Shown here one piece after another: positions 9,944-20,354 of a stretch of 64,000 bases of DNA (position 1 is the first letter of the stretch; each line of letters starts with the position of its first letter). Origin of the DNA: Gammaproteobacteria bacterium (GTDB lineage Bacteria; Pseudomonadota; Gammaproteobacteria; JBCCGL01); assembly GCA_965277715.1 (NCBI GenBank), contig OZ255836.1:96001-160000 (forward strand), read 5' to 3'. The position numbers and the translations under genes were made by a program. The notes beneath the pieces were generated by a model, which was not told where the DNA came from, did not search any database, and worked only from the letters and a program-made list of their open reading frames with translations.

Positions 9944-10840
9944 ATGCAGCGATCCCTCGATCATTTACCCACCTCCAAGCAAAATGATATTGCCCATATC
10001 GTCTCGGTAATACGCGACGAATTTGAGCAAGTAACCGGCTTTGCCAACGGCAAAAAAAAGCACAGCCGTATCGCCAAGATTATTCTGTTTGGCAGTTTTG
10101 CCACGGGTAAGTGGGTGAATGACCCGGCCCACGGTTACGTCAGCGATTACGATATTCTGGTGATTCTGAATAAAGCCGAACTGGTTGAGGATTACAAACT
10201 CTGGAATGCCGTTGATGAACGGGTCGCCCTGCGTGTGCGGCCCCCCATCAATATTCTGGTACATACCCTGAAGGAAGTGAATAATGCCTTAATGGAAGGG
10301 CAGTATTTTTTTTCTGATATTAAACAGCAGGGCGTTTTGCTGTATGAATTTGACAAAACTGAGTTGGTGCAAGAGGGTAATTTATCAGCGGCGCAATATA
10401 AAGCCGTTGCGGAAAAGCATTATAAGCAATGGTTTGAGAATGCAAACGAATTTTTTTTGGATTACCAAGCACCCTACCAACGGGGCAACTATAAAAACGC
10501 AGCCTTTTTATTGCACCAAGTAACAGAGCGTCTATATTCCTGCCTGCTATTGGTAGTCACCAACTACAAACCCAATACCCACAATTTGCAACAACTTAAC
10601 TCCCTGGCTATTTTGCAACATGAAGATATTGCCGGGGTTTTTCCGCAAGATACCAAAATACAACGTCGCCGGTTTCAGTTGTTGAAAAAGGCGTATGTCG
10701 ATGCCCGTTATTCTGAGCATTATGAGATTACAGAGGAGGAGCTTAAGTGGTTGGCTGAACGGGTCGAGTGTTTGCAGGAGATGGTGGAAAGGCTTTGTTT
10801 GGCAAAGATTGAGAGCCTCAACAACGACCATTTAATTTAG
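9944..10840 (+). CDS. Nucleotidyltransferase (MNT)-HEPN fusion protein
   Basis: ILFGSFATG...SDYDIL; AAFLLHQ..E, THNL, AYVDARY. Confidence 0.9.
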   Translation: MQRSLDHLPTSKQNDIAHIVSVIRDEFEQVTGFANGKKKHSRIAKIILFGSFATGKWVNDPAHGYVSDYDILVILNKAELVEDYKLWNAVDERVALRVRPPINILVHTLKEVNNALMEGQYFFSDIKQQGVLLYEFDKTELVQEGNLSAAQYKAVAEKHYKQWFENANEFFLDYQAPYQRGNYKNAAFLLHQVTERLYSCLLLVVTNYKPNTHNLQQLNSLAILQHEDIAGVFPQDTKIQRRRFQLLKKAYVDARYSEHYEITEEELKWLAERVECLQEMVERLCLAKIESLNNDHLI

Positions 10841-10896
10841 GTAAGAGAGTTCACATAGTGGTCAGATGGTGAAGAAGAAAAAGCTAAGCAATTCCT

Positions 10897-12098
10897 CTCT
10901 GTACAGGACAGTTATTATAACAATAAGAGGTCGATTTTTAATTGTCTAAAAGGTTGAAGCAGCATTTGCCACTGCAACTGTTGTTCCCCTATGTTCAACA
11001 CAACCCGGGAAACCGTTTCCAATCCTAACCGAAAAACACTTTTACTGGGGCGGCCATGATTTTTCTTTTTGATCGGTGTGGTTTTTTACTGTTCATGGCC
11101 AATCTGATAACACCAACAAAATGTTAGACTCACCAATACCAGTAGTTTTTCAACCCTATCAGGTTTCGTTAAATGTGTCTTTTCCATATCGAACCCTCGA
11201 CCTTTTAATGCCTGGAATAAACGCTCTATTTGCCAGCGCTGCTGATACTCAACTAATGCATTATGGGCGCACCTATCGCTCGCAATAATCACATGTTCCT
11301 GACGAGAACGAAAACACGGTAAATAGACGCTCTCTCCCCAAACAGATCGAGCGTCTGTCAATGCACAGGTTTGTGCTACACCCAGCAAAAGTAGCGCTGA
11401 TGCCTTCACTTCTTTGCCTTTTTTTGTCCTGGCCTGAGTATTGTTAGGAATACGGATAGAAAACGGAATATTCTTCTTTTTCAAATACATAATCCATTCT
11501 TTACCTCGAAATTCACGGTCAGCCAATAAGGCACTGATCGTCTGTACAGGAAAAACAGTCAAATAACGATTAACCAGATCAATTCGCTCCTGAGTATGGC
11601 TGTTTCCCGCTTTGTCCAATTGTGTTCAAAATAGGGGAACCGCTACATTGTGCCAGTCAATGGAAAGAACCAATAGGTTTACATGCGTCATACCCAACTT
11701 CCAGTGGGTTCGGTCAATGCTTACAGTCCAAGGCGGACATTGGGCAATCAACTTAATTAACAACGGGGCAATAGTATCCGGCTTCAAATCAAAATGACGC
11801 AAAAAACGTGGCAAACGTTTATAGGATGAACAAGGTTGCGCTGTTCCGGCGAATCCATCGGCAACACGCATTAAATTGAGTGACCCTACTTTTCCAAGTG
11901 CCAACATAAACTGGGCCAGCAATATCACACGAGCACAGTTCCACTTAAGGTGTGGACGCAGTAAACTTACCAGTTGATAAATCTCTTTCATTTTACGTTG
12001 CTAGGTCTTGTCGTGAAGCTTAAACAACTTGAAAGAGATTTATTTTTACATTTATTCCTTTTATTTCAATGCCTTAATTTATTTTGTCCTGTACAGAG
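10897..12098 (-). mobile_element. IS4-family (ISAba1-like) insertion sequence
   Basis: 14-bp terminal inverted repeats (TIRs) CTCTGTACAGGACA / TGTCCTGTACAGAG; 1202 bp; no TSD seen. Confidence 0.85.
10913..11991 (-). pseudogene. IS4-family transposase, frameshifted into several pieces
   Basis: IDRTHWKLG, LLADREFRG, YQQRWQIERLFQALKGRGF; C-terminal KKNHGRPSKSVFR in another frame. Confidence 0.85.
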
Positions 12099-12340
12099 GC
12101 CAGATGGTTAAAACAACCCACAACAGACGGGAAAACACAAGACACCTCGTTGACCAAAATAGAGGGGTTAAGGTAGCCCGTTGTCTTATGTGGGCGCGGT
12201 GAGATAGATGTAAGAAAATGATGTCTTGGTAACGAGGCGATTTTATCCAGAGGAGTATTGACAGGTAGAAAAATTAATGTTGCAACAACTAAATAAATAG
12301 ATACAATTGGCTACTTCATTAAATGTAAAAGACCGAAGTT

Positions 12341-13225
12341 ATGAGAAAAATAATATTCTTTTTTTTGCTATTATCAAATTTTCTTTCAACAAGTGTAATT
12401 GCTTTACCCAATCACTCTAACGAACTTCAGGTTGGCCCTCTGAATTTGACGCAAGATACCAACGGAGTGTCAGTAACGTCTACTATTATTTCATATTTCA
12501 AGCTACATACTACTGAAAAAGGCATTTTTCTTAAAGCTAGAATAGTAACTGATCTATCTGATTTACAAAGAAAAATCGGCCAGATAATCGATACATTTCC
12601 TCTTCCCAATGATAATTGCCAAAGCTATAGTGGAAACAATCCGGTGGTTAAAATACCACGCAAAGAATTGTCCGCTGAAGGTAGCTTAGCGATACTTAGC
12701 ATCAGCGGTAGCGTCACTATGTGGGATTGCAGAGAAAACCCTGTTCCTAATTCTAAGGTAGAATGGGTAAATGAAACTGTTGTATCCTTCTTTGGTACAA
12801 GAGTAGTGACTCTGTTACCAAAAATAATTACTTGGCCGGGAAATCCTATAAAAAACGAACTTGGAAGTCAATCATTTGACGCAAGTTTACCCGTGATCGT
12901 ATATGCCCCGAACGCTCAGACCGTAGGAATCAGGTTTGGTGATCCAAAAATTAATCTGAAAGGCTCATATGCTTTTATTACAAGAAGTATTCTTAGCATT
13001 GCAGGAATAGATATAAACACTGAAGCTAAAAAATCTCTGGAAAAAGCAATTGAACCGACGTTGCTTCAGCAGGCTATTCCAGAGGAATATGCACAACTTA
13101 ATCCTGTTATCGAAAAGCTAGGTTTCTTTAACAACAATGGAGTGCTAAGTATTTCAATACAGCTAACTGCTGAGGTTCCAGTGGAAAAAATAAATGCATT
13201 TGTACAACTACTACTAAATGAATAG
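12341..13225 (+). CDS. Hypothetical exported protein
   Basis: 294-aa ORF with signal-peptide-like N-terminus; AT-rich. Confidence 0.7.
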   Translation: MRKIIFFFLLLSNFLSTSVIALPNHSNELQVGPLNLTQDTNGVSVTSTIISYFKLHTTEKGIFLKARIVTDLSDLQRKIGQIIDTFPLPNDNCQSYSGNNPVVKIPRKELSAEGSLAILSISGSVTMWDCRENPVPNSKVEWVNETVVSFFGTRVVTLLPKIITWPGNPIKNELGSQSFDASLPVIVYAPNAQTVGIRFGDPKINLKGSYAFITRSILSIAGIDINTEAKKSLEKAIEPTLLQQAIPEEYAQLNPVIEKLGFFNNNGVLSISIQLTAEVPVEKINAFVQLLLNE

Positions 13226-13766
13226 GACTTATGCTATGAGCATGCTTGGATTTCAAAAGGTAGCCCCTATCACTGTGTTTATTTGCGTTTGCGCTATGGT
13301 TGTTAGCAGGGCGCCAACGCTTGTGGATGAATTTAGTATGCTTGGCGTCAAGTTTAATATCAATGTTGGATATGTTGTTATATTTTCCATTCCTATAATT
13401 ATGTTGCTTTTAACCTGGCTCTGGATAGTTAGAGATAAATCTATTATGGAAAAAAATCCTTATTCGAACAATACATGGATATTACCTTTTCTTGCAATTT
13501 TTCCTTCGTTATCGGCATTTTTTTTGTACTGGCAATTTTTGACTGAATTTGCTCCACCTGGTGAGTGCAGCACGTTTTCGGCATCTCAATTTTTTTGGGA
13601 TATAGACCTTTGGGAGATGAAACCGGAGTACTGTTTTAACCTTCCCCAGGAAATACAAAACCTTATGCCTTACATATACCCACCGATACAAACATGGGCT
13701 TATCTAGGTTTTGTTGCAGTTTGTATATTTTTGAGCGTAAAACTTCGGCAATATTATAGTGTCTAG
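13218..13766 (+). CDS. Hypothetical membrane protein (about 4 TM)
   Basis: Overlaps upstream stop; four hydrophobic segments; Cys pair in loop. Confidence 0.7.
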   Translation: MNRTYAMSMLGFQKVAPITVFICVCAMVVSRAPTLVDEFSMLGVKFNINVGYVVIFSIPIIMLLLTWLWIVRDKSIMEKNPYSNNTWILPFLAIFPSLSAFFLYWQFLTEFAPPGECSTFSASQFFWDIDLWEMKPEYCFNLPQEIQNLMPYIYPPIQTWAYLGFVAVCIFLSVKLRQYYSV

Positions 13767-13813
13767 CCAGTTAGATTGATTATGGTTCTCTCAAGGGGTG
13801 TGACCTTAATTGT

Positions 13814-14045
13814 ATCTCTTTTGATGAGGCAAAGACGGTCTTTACTGACCAGTTCGCTCGCTTAATTGCTGACCCCGACCATTCAGATGAAGAAGATAGA
13901 TTTATCCTTTTGGGTACAAGCATTCATTCTAAACTATTGGTTGTTTGCCATTGTATCCGGGTGGATGATTCTATTCGTATTATTTCCGCTCGAAAAGCGG
14001 ATCGACAAGAACGTGAAATTTATGAAGGGTGTCGTCATGCGTAAA
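13814..14045 (+). pseudogene. brnT: BrnT toxin, N-terminally truncated
   Basis: ISFDEAKTVFTD...DPDHSDEEDRFILLG...IRIISARKADRQEREIY; lacks start codon and FEWD..K..N..KHG. Confidence 0.8.
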
Positions 14046-14246
14046 CATTATGATTTTTCTAAGTCTATTCTTAATCCATATGTTCAAAAGCTGAAAAAAC
14101 AAATTACTATCCGTCTTGATGAAGATACTATTGAATATTTCAAGGGTATGGCGGATGAAAAAGGAATACCCTACCAGAGCTTAATCAATCTTTATCTTCG
14201 TGACTGTGCGCAAGCGCATCGTGACCTTAAATTACAGTGGCAGTAG
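14037..14246 (+). CDS. brnA: BrnA/CopG-type antitoxin
   Basis: MRKHYDFSKS..NPY..KKQITIRLDEDTIEYFK...GIPYQSLINLYLRDC. Confidence 0.85.
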   Translation: MRKHYDFSKSILNPYVQKLKKQITIRLDEDTIEYFKGMADEKGIPYQSLINLYLRDCAQAHRDLKLQWQ

Positions 14247-14253
14247 GGTAAGC

Positions 14254-14325
14254 AGTTAACAAGGTGCTATTGCCGGACAAATTTTACGCTTCGCTTCAAA
14301 TTTGCCACAAAGCACGACATTATAT
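14254..14325 (+). other. Degenerate integron attC site
   Basis: GTTAAC start, GTGCT/AGCAC and GGACAAATTT/AAATTTGCC arms, terminal ATTATAT in place of GTTRRRY. Confidence 0.6.
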
Positions 14326-14390
14326 TTCATAGTGGGGCCACTCGTTTTCATGCAAAATGGTAGATGATGTACCTCGAAAACCATGAGAAC

Positions 14391-14855
14391 TCAGACGCGA
14401 CTTATAGCCCATGTACTCAATAGCGCGACTACAGGTAGTACGTCTGCCGGTATCGGACTCCAAGCAAACAACAGACCGACAGTAGCCAGCATCCGCTCCG
14501 CCCGCTCCTGGAAGGGGATTTGCTCAAATGCCTCGAACAGTTCACGATAGCTGCCTGCGGGGATATTAACGACGACCCGCATATCAACCCCCGTAGTACC
14601 AAAAACCCCGGACATTGGCGAGTACGGCACCCTCCGGCACGATAATATGGGGCTGTGAGGGAATATACGTTCAGCCGCTTGCCGATACGATTCCGCACCA
14701 CCACCGGCAATTAATACCAAATCAACCTGAATACTTTCATCGCGCATGGACTGGCGCATGGTAGTGAGTGCAATCGGGGTGATTTCATCCATCGCATTGT
14801 CCAGATAAGGCCTAATATCGATATGCTTGCCGAATATCAATACCTGTACACACAT
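14391..14855 (-). pseudogene. ParM/StbA actin-like partition ATPase C-terminal fragment plus downstream partner fragment
   Basis: VDLVLIAGGGAESY...IFP; then MRVVVNIP...ERAER. Confidence 0.65.
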
Positions 14856-15145
14856 GGTGTACGTTAAGTTGACATCAATCCCGCCTAGGCCGTTTTTTTA
14901 AACATCGGTACACGGGCGGGTTACGTCGATCATTATCCGAAGCTGGGGAGGATGGAATGTGCGGCAAGATCGCCAAAACGTGCATCTATCGATCTATTGC
15001 ATATTCAGGCTTTCATGGTACAGGGCGGCATGGAGTTGTGAGCGAATGGCCCACGCTTCCTTAATTCCCTTTTATCCGTGACTACTACGCGGTAATTTTT
15101 AAAAAAGCAGATGTGCAACTCAACGAAAGCGTTAGTCTCACCCCT

Positions 15146-15174
15146 GTTGAAAAGCGTAGAAATATCCTCACTTA
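15146..15174 (+). promoter_or_regulatory. Sigma-32-like promoter
   Basis: GTTGAAA-N13-CCTCACTT upstream of an Hsp20 gene. Confidence 0.5.
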
Positions 15175-15258
15175 TTGATGACCGGCAATGTGACGATTTT
15201 TATGCAGCACCCGGTATCTTTTGTTTTTGTATGTGTTGCTTCTTTTGGAGAGTATATT

Positions 15259-15734
15259 ATGAATGCAATTGACTTAACCCCCTTATACCGAAACAGTATT
15301 GGTTTTGACCGTCTGGCGTCTATGTTAAACAACCTGAGCACCGACACGGTGGGCAGTGGCTATCCCCCTACAATATCGAGATGCTGGACGAGAACCGTTA
15401 CTGCATTACACTAGCGGCTGCTGGTTTTGATCAGAGCGACCTGACTATTACGGTGGAACGCGGCGTACTGAGTGTGCGGGGCAACTGGAAAGAAACGGCG
15501 GAGCGTAACTACCTGCACCAGGGTATTTCCAACCGCGATTTTGAACGGAAGTTTAACTTGGCCGAGCATGTTGAAGTCACCGAAGCCGATATGGAAAACG
15601 GTTTGTTGGCGATTAACCTGGTCAGAAAAGTGCCAGAAACGCTGAAGCCCAAAACCATTGAGATCCAGTCTTTAAAAGCGCTGGAGAGCGAGGCCCACAT
15701 CGGACAGGTCGGCAAGGCTAAAAAAGCAGACTGA
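15259..15734 (+). pseudogene. ibpA: Small heat-shock protein IbpA/Hsp20, frameshift in C-run near 15364
   Basis: MNAIDLTPLYRNSIGFDRL...GYPP/YNIE...YLHQGIS.RDFERKFNLAEHVEV; one C missing (real or sequencing error). Confidence 0.85.
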
Positions 15735-15747
15735 GTGCTGTTTAATC

Positions 15748-15776
15748 AGGGAGGTCGCCGTTGACGCGACCTCCCG
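15748..15776 (+). terminator. Stem-loop after ibpA
   Basis: GGGAGGTCGC...GCGACCTCCC. Confidence 0.55.
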
Positions 15777-15893
15777 TTACCGCTACACCCCTAAAAACCA
15801 CGAAGCGCTCTACCAGAGGGTAAGCTTATTACCCCGCTTATGGTCTGGTCTTAACTGCTCTGTAGAAAGGTGCTAAAGTTCATACTTGCGCAC

Positions 15894-16679
15894 TTACACC
15901 TCCTCGTCGTCTTCTGCGGTATTGGAAGGAGGTGTCTCGTCCGCCTTAAGTCGCGCCATTTCCGCATACCAGAATGTCATAAAATCCCTTATCAGTTTTT
16001 GTTCAATATCCACGGCTTCCTTTGTAGGGCAGAATATCGTTACGGCAAGTTGATTTTTGCCGAGGTTGGTGGTCGTAATGCGCACGCTCGCTTTCGGGTC
16101 GACAATGTTTACCCCCAAGCGTTTTTCAATCAGTTCGCTGTAACGTTTGGCCACCTCAACGAATGAAGCACAATACTCCTGAGCTTTATTCAGAATAAGC
16201 GCTTTGGCCGCAAACAGATCGACCCCTTCGGCATCGCGTACTATCGAGAACGAATGCGCCACGTATCGGCGCATGTAATTGAGATAATGTATATTGCCAG
16301 CGACAAATTGGTTATTGGGAATGGTAAGCGTTTTGCCGGTATAGGCATAACTCATGGACTCCATATCAATTTCCAACAGCACGGTACTAAACCAGTCACT
16401 GTGCGCCACCTCACCATAGTGCGGCCCCACCTGAACCCAGTCTCCCACCGAGAACGGGCGGGCGGCGGTCACGTACAATGAACCTAAAAAGCACTGGATA
16501 AACTCACGGGTCGCGATCACCAGGGCTACAACAAACGCGGCGATGGACAAGGCCGCCGAGCGTAATTCCGTCAGCCAGATAACCATCAAACCCATCGCCA
16601 TCAAAAAATGAATTGCGTTCTTGGTGTGGTTTATCCAGCGCCGGGGCCGTTCTTCCTCATCCGCCGATAGCTTTTGCAA
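15894..16679 (-). CDS. MscS-family mechanosensitive channel (N-terminus probably lost)
   Basis: RPFSVGDWVQVG...GEV...TIPNNQF. Confidence 0.8.
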   Translation of the reverse strand: MQKLSADEEERPRRWINHTKNAIHFLMAMGLMVIWLTELRSAALSIAAFVVALVIATREFIQCFLGSLYVTAARPFSVGDWVQVGPHYGEVAHSDWFSTVLLEIDMESMSYAYTGKTLTIPNNQFVAGNIHYLNYMRRYVAHSFSIVRDAEGVDLFAAKALILNKAQEYCASFVEVAKRYSELIEKRLGVNIVDPKASVRITTTNLGKNQLAVTIFCPTKEAVDIEQKLIRDFMTFWYAEMARLKADETPPSNTAEDDEEV

Positions 16680-16955
16680 GTACCGAGTTGAACAGTCAGT
16701 AGCCCGTGAGCCAGCTCGGCGCCGGTGACATCCACATGCTCAGCTAGGTGAGACGTGCACTCAAACGCCTTGTGCACGATGCCTCGATGAAGAAACCGGC
16801 CCTCTCCATCACCCGCTTTGTGCCCGGTTATGACCATCGTCCCGTTACCGACTTTGAGTTACAGTTCGTCGAGACTCAACCCGGCGACATCCAACTCGAT
16901 AGTGTAACGGTTCTCGTCAAGACGTTTGATGTTGTAGGGCGGGTGGTCGGACACC
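16680..16955 (-). pseudogene. Second Hsp20 remnant with internal stop
   Basis: DHPPYNIKRLDENRYTIELDVAGLSLDEL*...FLHRGIVHKAF...LAEHVDVTGAELAHGLLTVQL. Confidence 0.75.
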
Positions 16956-17025
16956 AAAGCATCCTGAGTCCGCGAGCGAGGCGACAAGGCATTTTTTCGG
17001 TTGTTCTGAGTGCAATTATTTTCCT

Positions 17026-17391
17026 TTACATACTCCGCAGCCAAGCCGCAAGCTCGACTTCGTCTACAATACCTTGAGTTGCTCGTATAATTTGATCACC
17101 CGCCTCCACAGTCTCATAACTCAACTCAATTCCATTTAATGCCAGGGATATATCCATACATGCAAAGGCAGTACGCTTATTAGCATCATGGAAAGCATAG
17201 CCTACTGCGATATAGCACGCGTAACAAGCTGCTAGCTCGTAGACATCGCGAATCATTCCATAAGAAATACGGTTGTCTATTCTAGCTATTATTGCCTCAA
17301 CCGACTTGTTTTTAGCCAGCCCTTGAAGCTCATTGGGAGAGATTACCAGATCGTGGATATCAATCACGTCGGTGGCCGATATAAATACCAT
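17026..17391 (-). CDS. doc: Doc/Fic family toxin
   Basis: GYAFHDANKRTA (Fic HxFxDGNKR motif with the catalytic His replaced by Tyr). Confidence 0.85.
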   Translation of the reverse strand: MVFISATDVIDIHDLVISPNELQGLAKNKSVEAIIARIDNRISYGMIRDVYELAACYACYIAVGYAFHDANKRTAFACMDISLALNGIELSYETVEAGDQIIRATQGIVDEVELAAWLRSM

Positions 17392-17393
17392 GG

Positions 17394-17642
17394 TTATTTG
17401 TCTTTGAGGTATTCCAGAGTGTCTTTCAGCTGGGCATGTCTTTTCTTTAGCATGGAAGCAGCACGTCCCGCTGCGGCTGGACTAAACTCTATTTTGCCCA
17501 CCGCGCTAGCAGGCACGAAGTATCCCTCAAGCTGATTTCGATTGAGTATAGCCACTGGTTGGTCTCCGGCATTTTCAATAACTTTCTTAGGGTCTCTAAG
17601 CTCAGTCAGCGAGGCCGTTTTATGGGTTAAGAGATTTTCCAT
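17394..17642 (-). CDS. Phd/YefM-family antitoxin
   Basis: TASLTELRDPKKVIENAGDQPVAILNRN; directly upstream of doc. Confidence 0.8.
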   Translation of the reverse strand: MENLLTHKTASLTELRDPKKVIENAGDQPVAILNRNQLEGYFVPASAVGKIEFSPAAAGRAASMLKKRHAQLKDTLEYLKDK

Positions 17643-18231
17643 AGCTTAGTTTCTGCAAAAACAATTGAAGAATAATTTTAACATATATACATTATAATAT
17701 TTATTTAAGTATACATTTTACTCAAACTATTTTTTAATCGCATTTAGAGGATTGAAATATTGGAGGCTCTCACTGGCTTGTTGTGCACTAAGTAGTGGCA
17801 CCCATTCCGGCATACTTAAACTAAGGAATTTAGGTTAAAACACATGGGCAAAACTTAATAGTGACAATATCCTGCCTATCTGCCGTATAAATGGCCTCAT
17901 TTCCCGAAAAATATCCCGGAGTTTGACTTTCAGCGGACAGTGCGTTGGCTACACTTAAGCCCATCTAGAGGGTGTAATCGATAAAGCAGAGCCGCTGTTG
18001 ACCTCGACAATCAGAAACGGCATACCTGACCAAAACCGAACCGGTCGGGCGGGGTTATCTGGGACGGAGCGGATCAAGCCTATGCGTATTGGGAAATCTA
18101 TGGGAAATATTGGGCCGGTAGTGAAAGTGCGATGAAGATGTTGTCCAAATTGTCATAGCTGATCCAGTCAATAAAGCCGTTCCGTTATCATCCCGCAAGA
18201 CTCTTAGCATACGATGCGTGTTTTCTAGATG

Positions 18232-19404
18232 TTATCCAGGTTCACCGTAACCGAGACCTGTCACTTCCGCATGTACACAATTTCTGCCATTTTGCTTGGC
18301 TTGATACAAGGCTATATCCGCCGCACGTAACAGTGCCTCGTGATCGGTAAACGATTCCGCCTGCACCGTCGCCACACCGATAGAGACGGTAATTTGCCCA
18401 TACGGTGACTGGGTGCTGGGAATCGCCAGTTGGCTTACACCGTTCAAGACATTCTGCGCAAAATGCAAAGCACCCGGTAATGGCGTATCAGGAATAATCG
18501 CGCAGAACTCATCGCCGCCAAAACGAGCAGCAAGATCAGCGGGTCGGTTAGCGTGGGTGCGTAGTATAGTCGATACACGCCGTAGGCATTCATCGCCCTG
18601 CAGATGGCCATAGGTATCATTGAATGTCTTAAACCCGTCAATATCCAACATGATGACCGACAATGGCATGCCTGTCCTGACGGCACGCCGCCACTCCCGT
18701 TGTAGCGTATCGTCGAATAACCGGCGATTGGCCAGAGCGGTTAACGGGTCTAATGAAGATAATCGGGTAAGTATCCGGTTGCTGCGCGACAACTCCCTGA
18801 CTTTATGTAAAGTGTCGAGGTGGGCGGTAACTATCGGGTTCCAAAAACGTCTGTAGCCCACAAAAGCGGTAACCAGCATGGTTCCGTACAATAGACAGGC
18901 AGCGAGGATACTGTCGTCCATAGTGTGTACCGCTGTACTGTTTTGTATCACCACCGGAAGCATAAAAACCCCCAGATAACCGTAGAATGCGTGCGGATCA
19001 CCCCAAAAGACCAAAGCTCCCAGTGTGGTGGCGGCAAACCACGCCGCGATAAAGACAGGGTATTCGTGACCCGTCAGCAGCGGGCCGACTATTGTCCCAC
19101 CCGTACCGTATACCGAACCCAGGATCAACGCATAAAGTAACCAACCGTAACGCCTACAGCGGGTGCGCGATTTATACCCGTGACGAAACAACACCTGGCC
19201 GCCGAAACCGCAGCTATTGACCGCAAACAGAATTAACCACCATCCCACTATCGGATACCCTGTCATATAGCTGGAAGCCAACCCTGCAAACCCCGCACCG
19301 TAAAGGGTGTTAGCAACACTGAAGTAGTGTGTGTTGTTGCTCCACAAAGTGCGGCGGACACTAGCGTTGCCGATATATTCAGGGGTGTTTAATGCACTTT
19401 TCAT
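18232..19404 (-). CDS. Membrane-bound diguanylate cyclase
   Basis: Multiple TMs; DPLTALANRR, DIDGFKTFND.YGH..GD, RPAD I-site, GGDEF. Confidence 0.9.
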   Translation of the reverse strand: MKSALNTPEYIGNASVRRTLWSNNTHYFSVANTLYGAGFAGLASSYMTGYPIVGWWLILFAVNSCGFGGQVLFRHGYKSRTRCRRYGWLLYALILGSVYGTGGTIVGPLLTGHEYPVFIAAWFAATTLGALVFWGDPHAFYGYLGVFMLPVVIQNSTAVHTMDDSILAACLLYGTMLVTAFVGYRRFWNPIVTAHLDTLHKVRELSRSNRILTRLSSLDPLTALANRRLFDDTLQREWRRAVRTGMPLSVIMLDIDGFKTFNDTYGHLQGDECLRRVSTILRTHANRPADLAARFGGDEFCAIIPDTPLPGALHFAQNVLNGVSQLAIPSTQSPYGQITVSIGVATVQAESFTDHEALLRAADIALYQAKQNGRNCVHAEVTGLGYGEPG

Positions 19405-19472
19405 AAACCCCGGCTTCCCCTTTATGGTTCAAGGTGTTGTACGTTTTGGTCTCACTTGCCGTGGAGACCCAC

Positions 19473-20354
19473 ATGATTAGATATGCCCATGTATCGGGCA
19501 AACCGATACGTTATTTACATATTCCCAGTGATCGCCCTGCCAGTCTTTTTATTCCTGGAAATCTCCAGGAAATTGAGCGGGTACAGTACTTTAGCGAAGG
19601 TTTGGCAAAACGATTCAACCTGTTTGTACTGGAACCCCCCGGCACCGGAATGACGGCAGCGCTGCACGCGGGTGTGCCCTTTAAAACCATTGCGGATTAT
19701 GTTCACGAGTTTGTGGCGCGTTATGTGGGCGAGAAACACCATCTTTGTGTGTTTTCGTATGCCACGCCCATTGGCATTGAGTATGTGCGTCGTTATCCCG
19801 AAAATATTCTGTCGGTCACCTTGGGTGGCAGTATGGCGGAAATACCCCCAGAACATAGAGACAGCACGATGGCAATACTGGCGGATGTAATTCGTGATAA
19901 ACGCGAATTTGCCCGGCGTTTTATTGATTTGTTGACCGTATCCTCGGCCAATATACCCCGACACTCGGCCATTTGCCGCGCCGCCTTGCAACGGGTAGGC
20001 CGTTATACCAATCAGCAAATCAACTGTTTTAAGGAAAATACCATTCGCATTCTGGCGTATCACTTTGAACCCCTTCGTATTACGGTGCCTGTGGTGTGTT
20101 TTACCGGTGCTAATGACCCTTATGTCACCACACACCGATGTCGCAAGCTGGCAGATCAATTAGGTGCGGAGTTTGCAGCTATCCCGTATGCGGATCACCT
20201 GATGCACATCGAACAGCCCGAAGCCACCTTGCAAGCGATGTTCAAGGCACCCGAGTTAGCGCGGATGGTATCGTGTCAACAGGCTCAAAAGCGGCAAACG
20301 CCAAAAAAAACCGAAAATCCGGCGCTTGCCGTGGCTACGAAAAATGAGCGCTGA
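19473..20354 (+). CDS. Alpha/beta hydrolase fold protein
   Basis: EPPGTG, FSYA nucleophile elbow, GAND, DHLMH. Confidence 0.75.
   Translation: MIRYAHVSGKPIRYLHIPSDRPASLFIPGNLQEIERVQYFSEGLAKRFNLFVLEPPGTGMTAALHAGVPFKTIADYVHEFVARYVGEKHHLCVFSYATPIGIEYVRRYPENILSVTLGGSMAEIPPEHRDSTMAILADVIRDKREFARRFIDLLTVSSANIPRHSAICRAALQRVGRYTNQQINCFKENTIRILAYHFEPLRITVPVVCFTGANDPYVTTHRCRKLADQLGAEFAAIPYADHLMHIEQPEATLQAMFKAPELARMVSCQQAQKRQTPKKTENPALAVATKNER

Noticed and set aside
13866-14036. N-terminal extension of the 126-aa ORF
   Set aside because: Alternative frame of brnT; the antitoxin starts at ATG 14037
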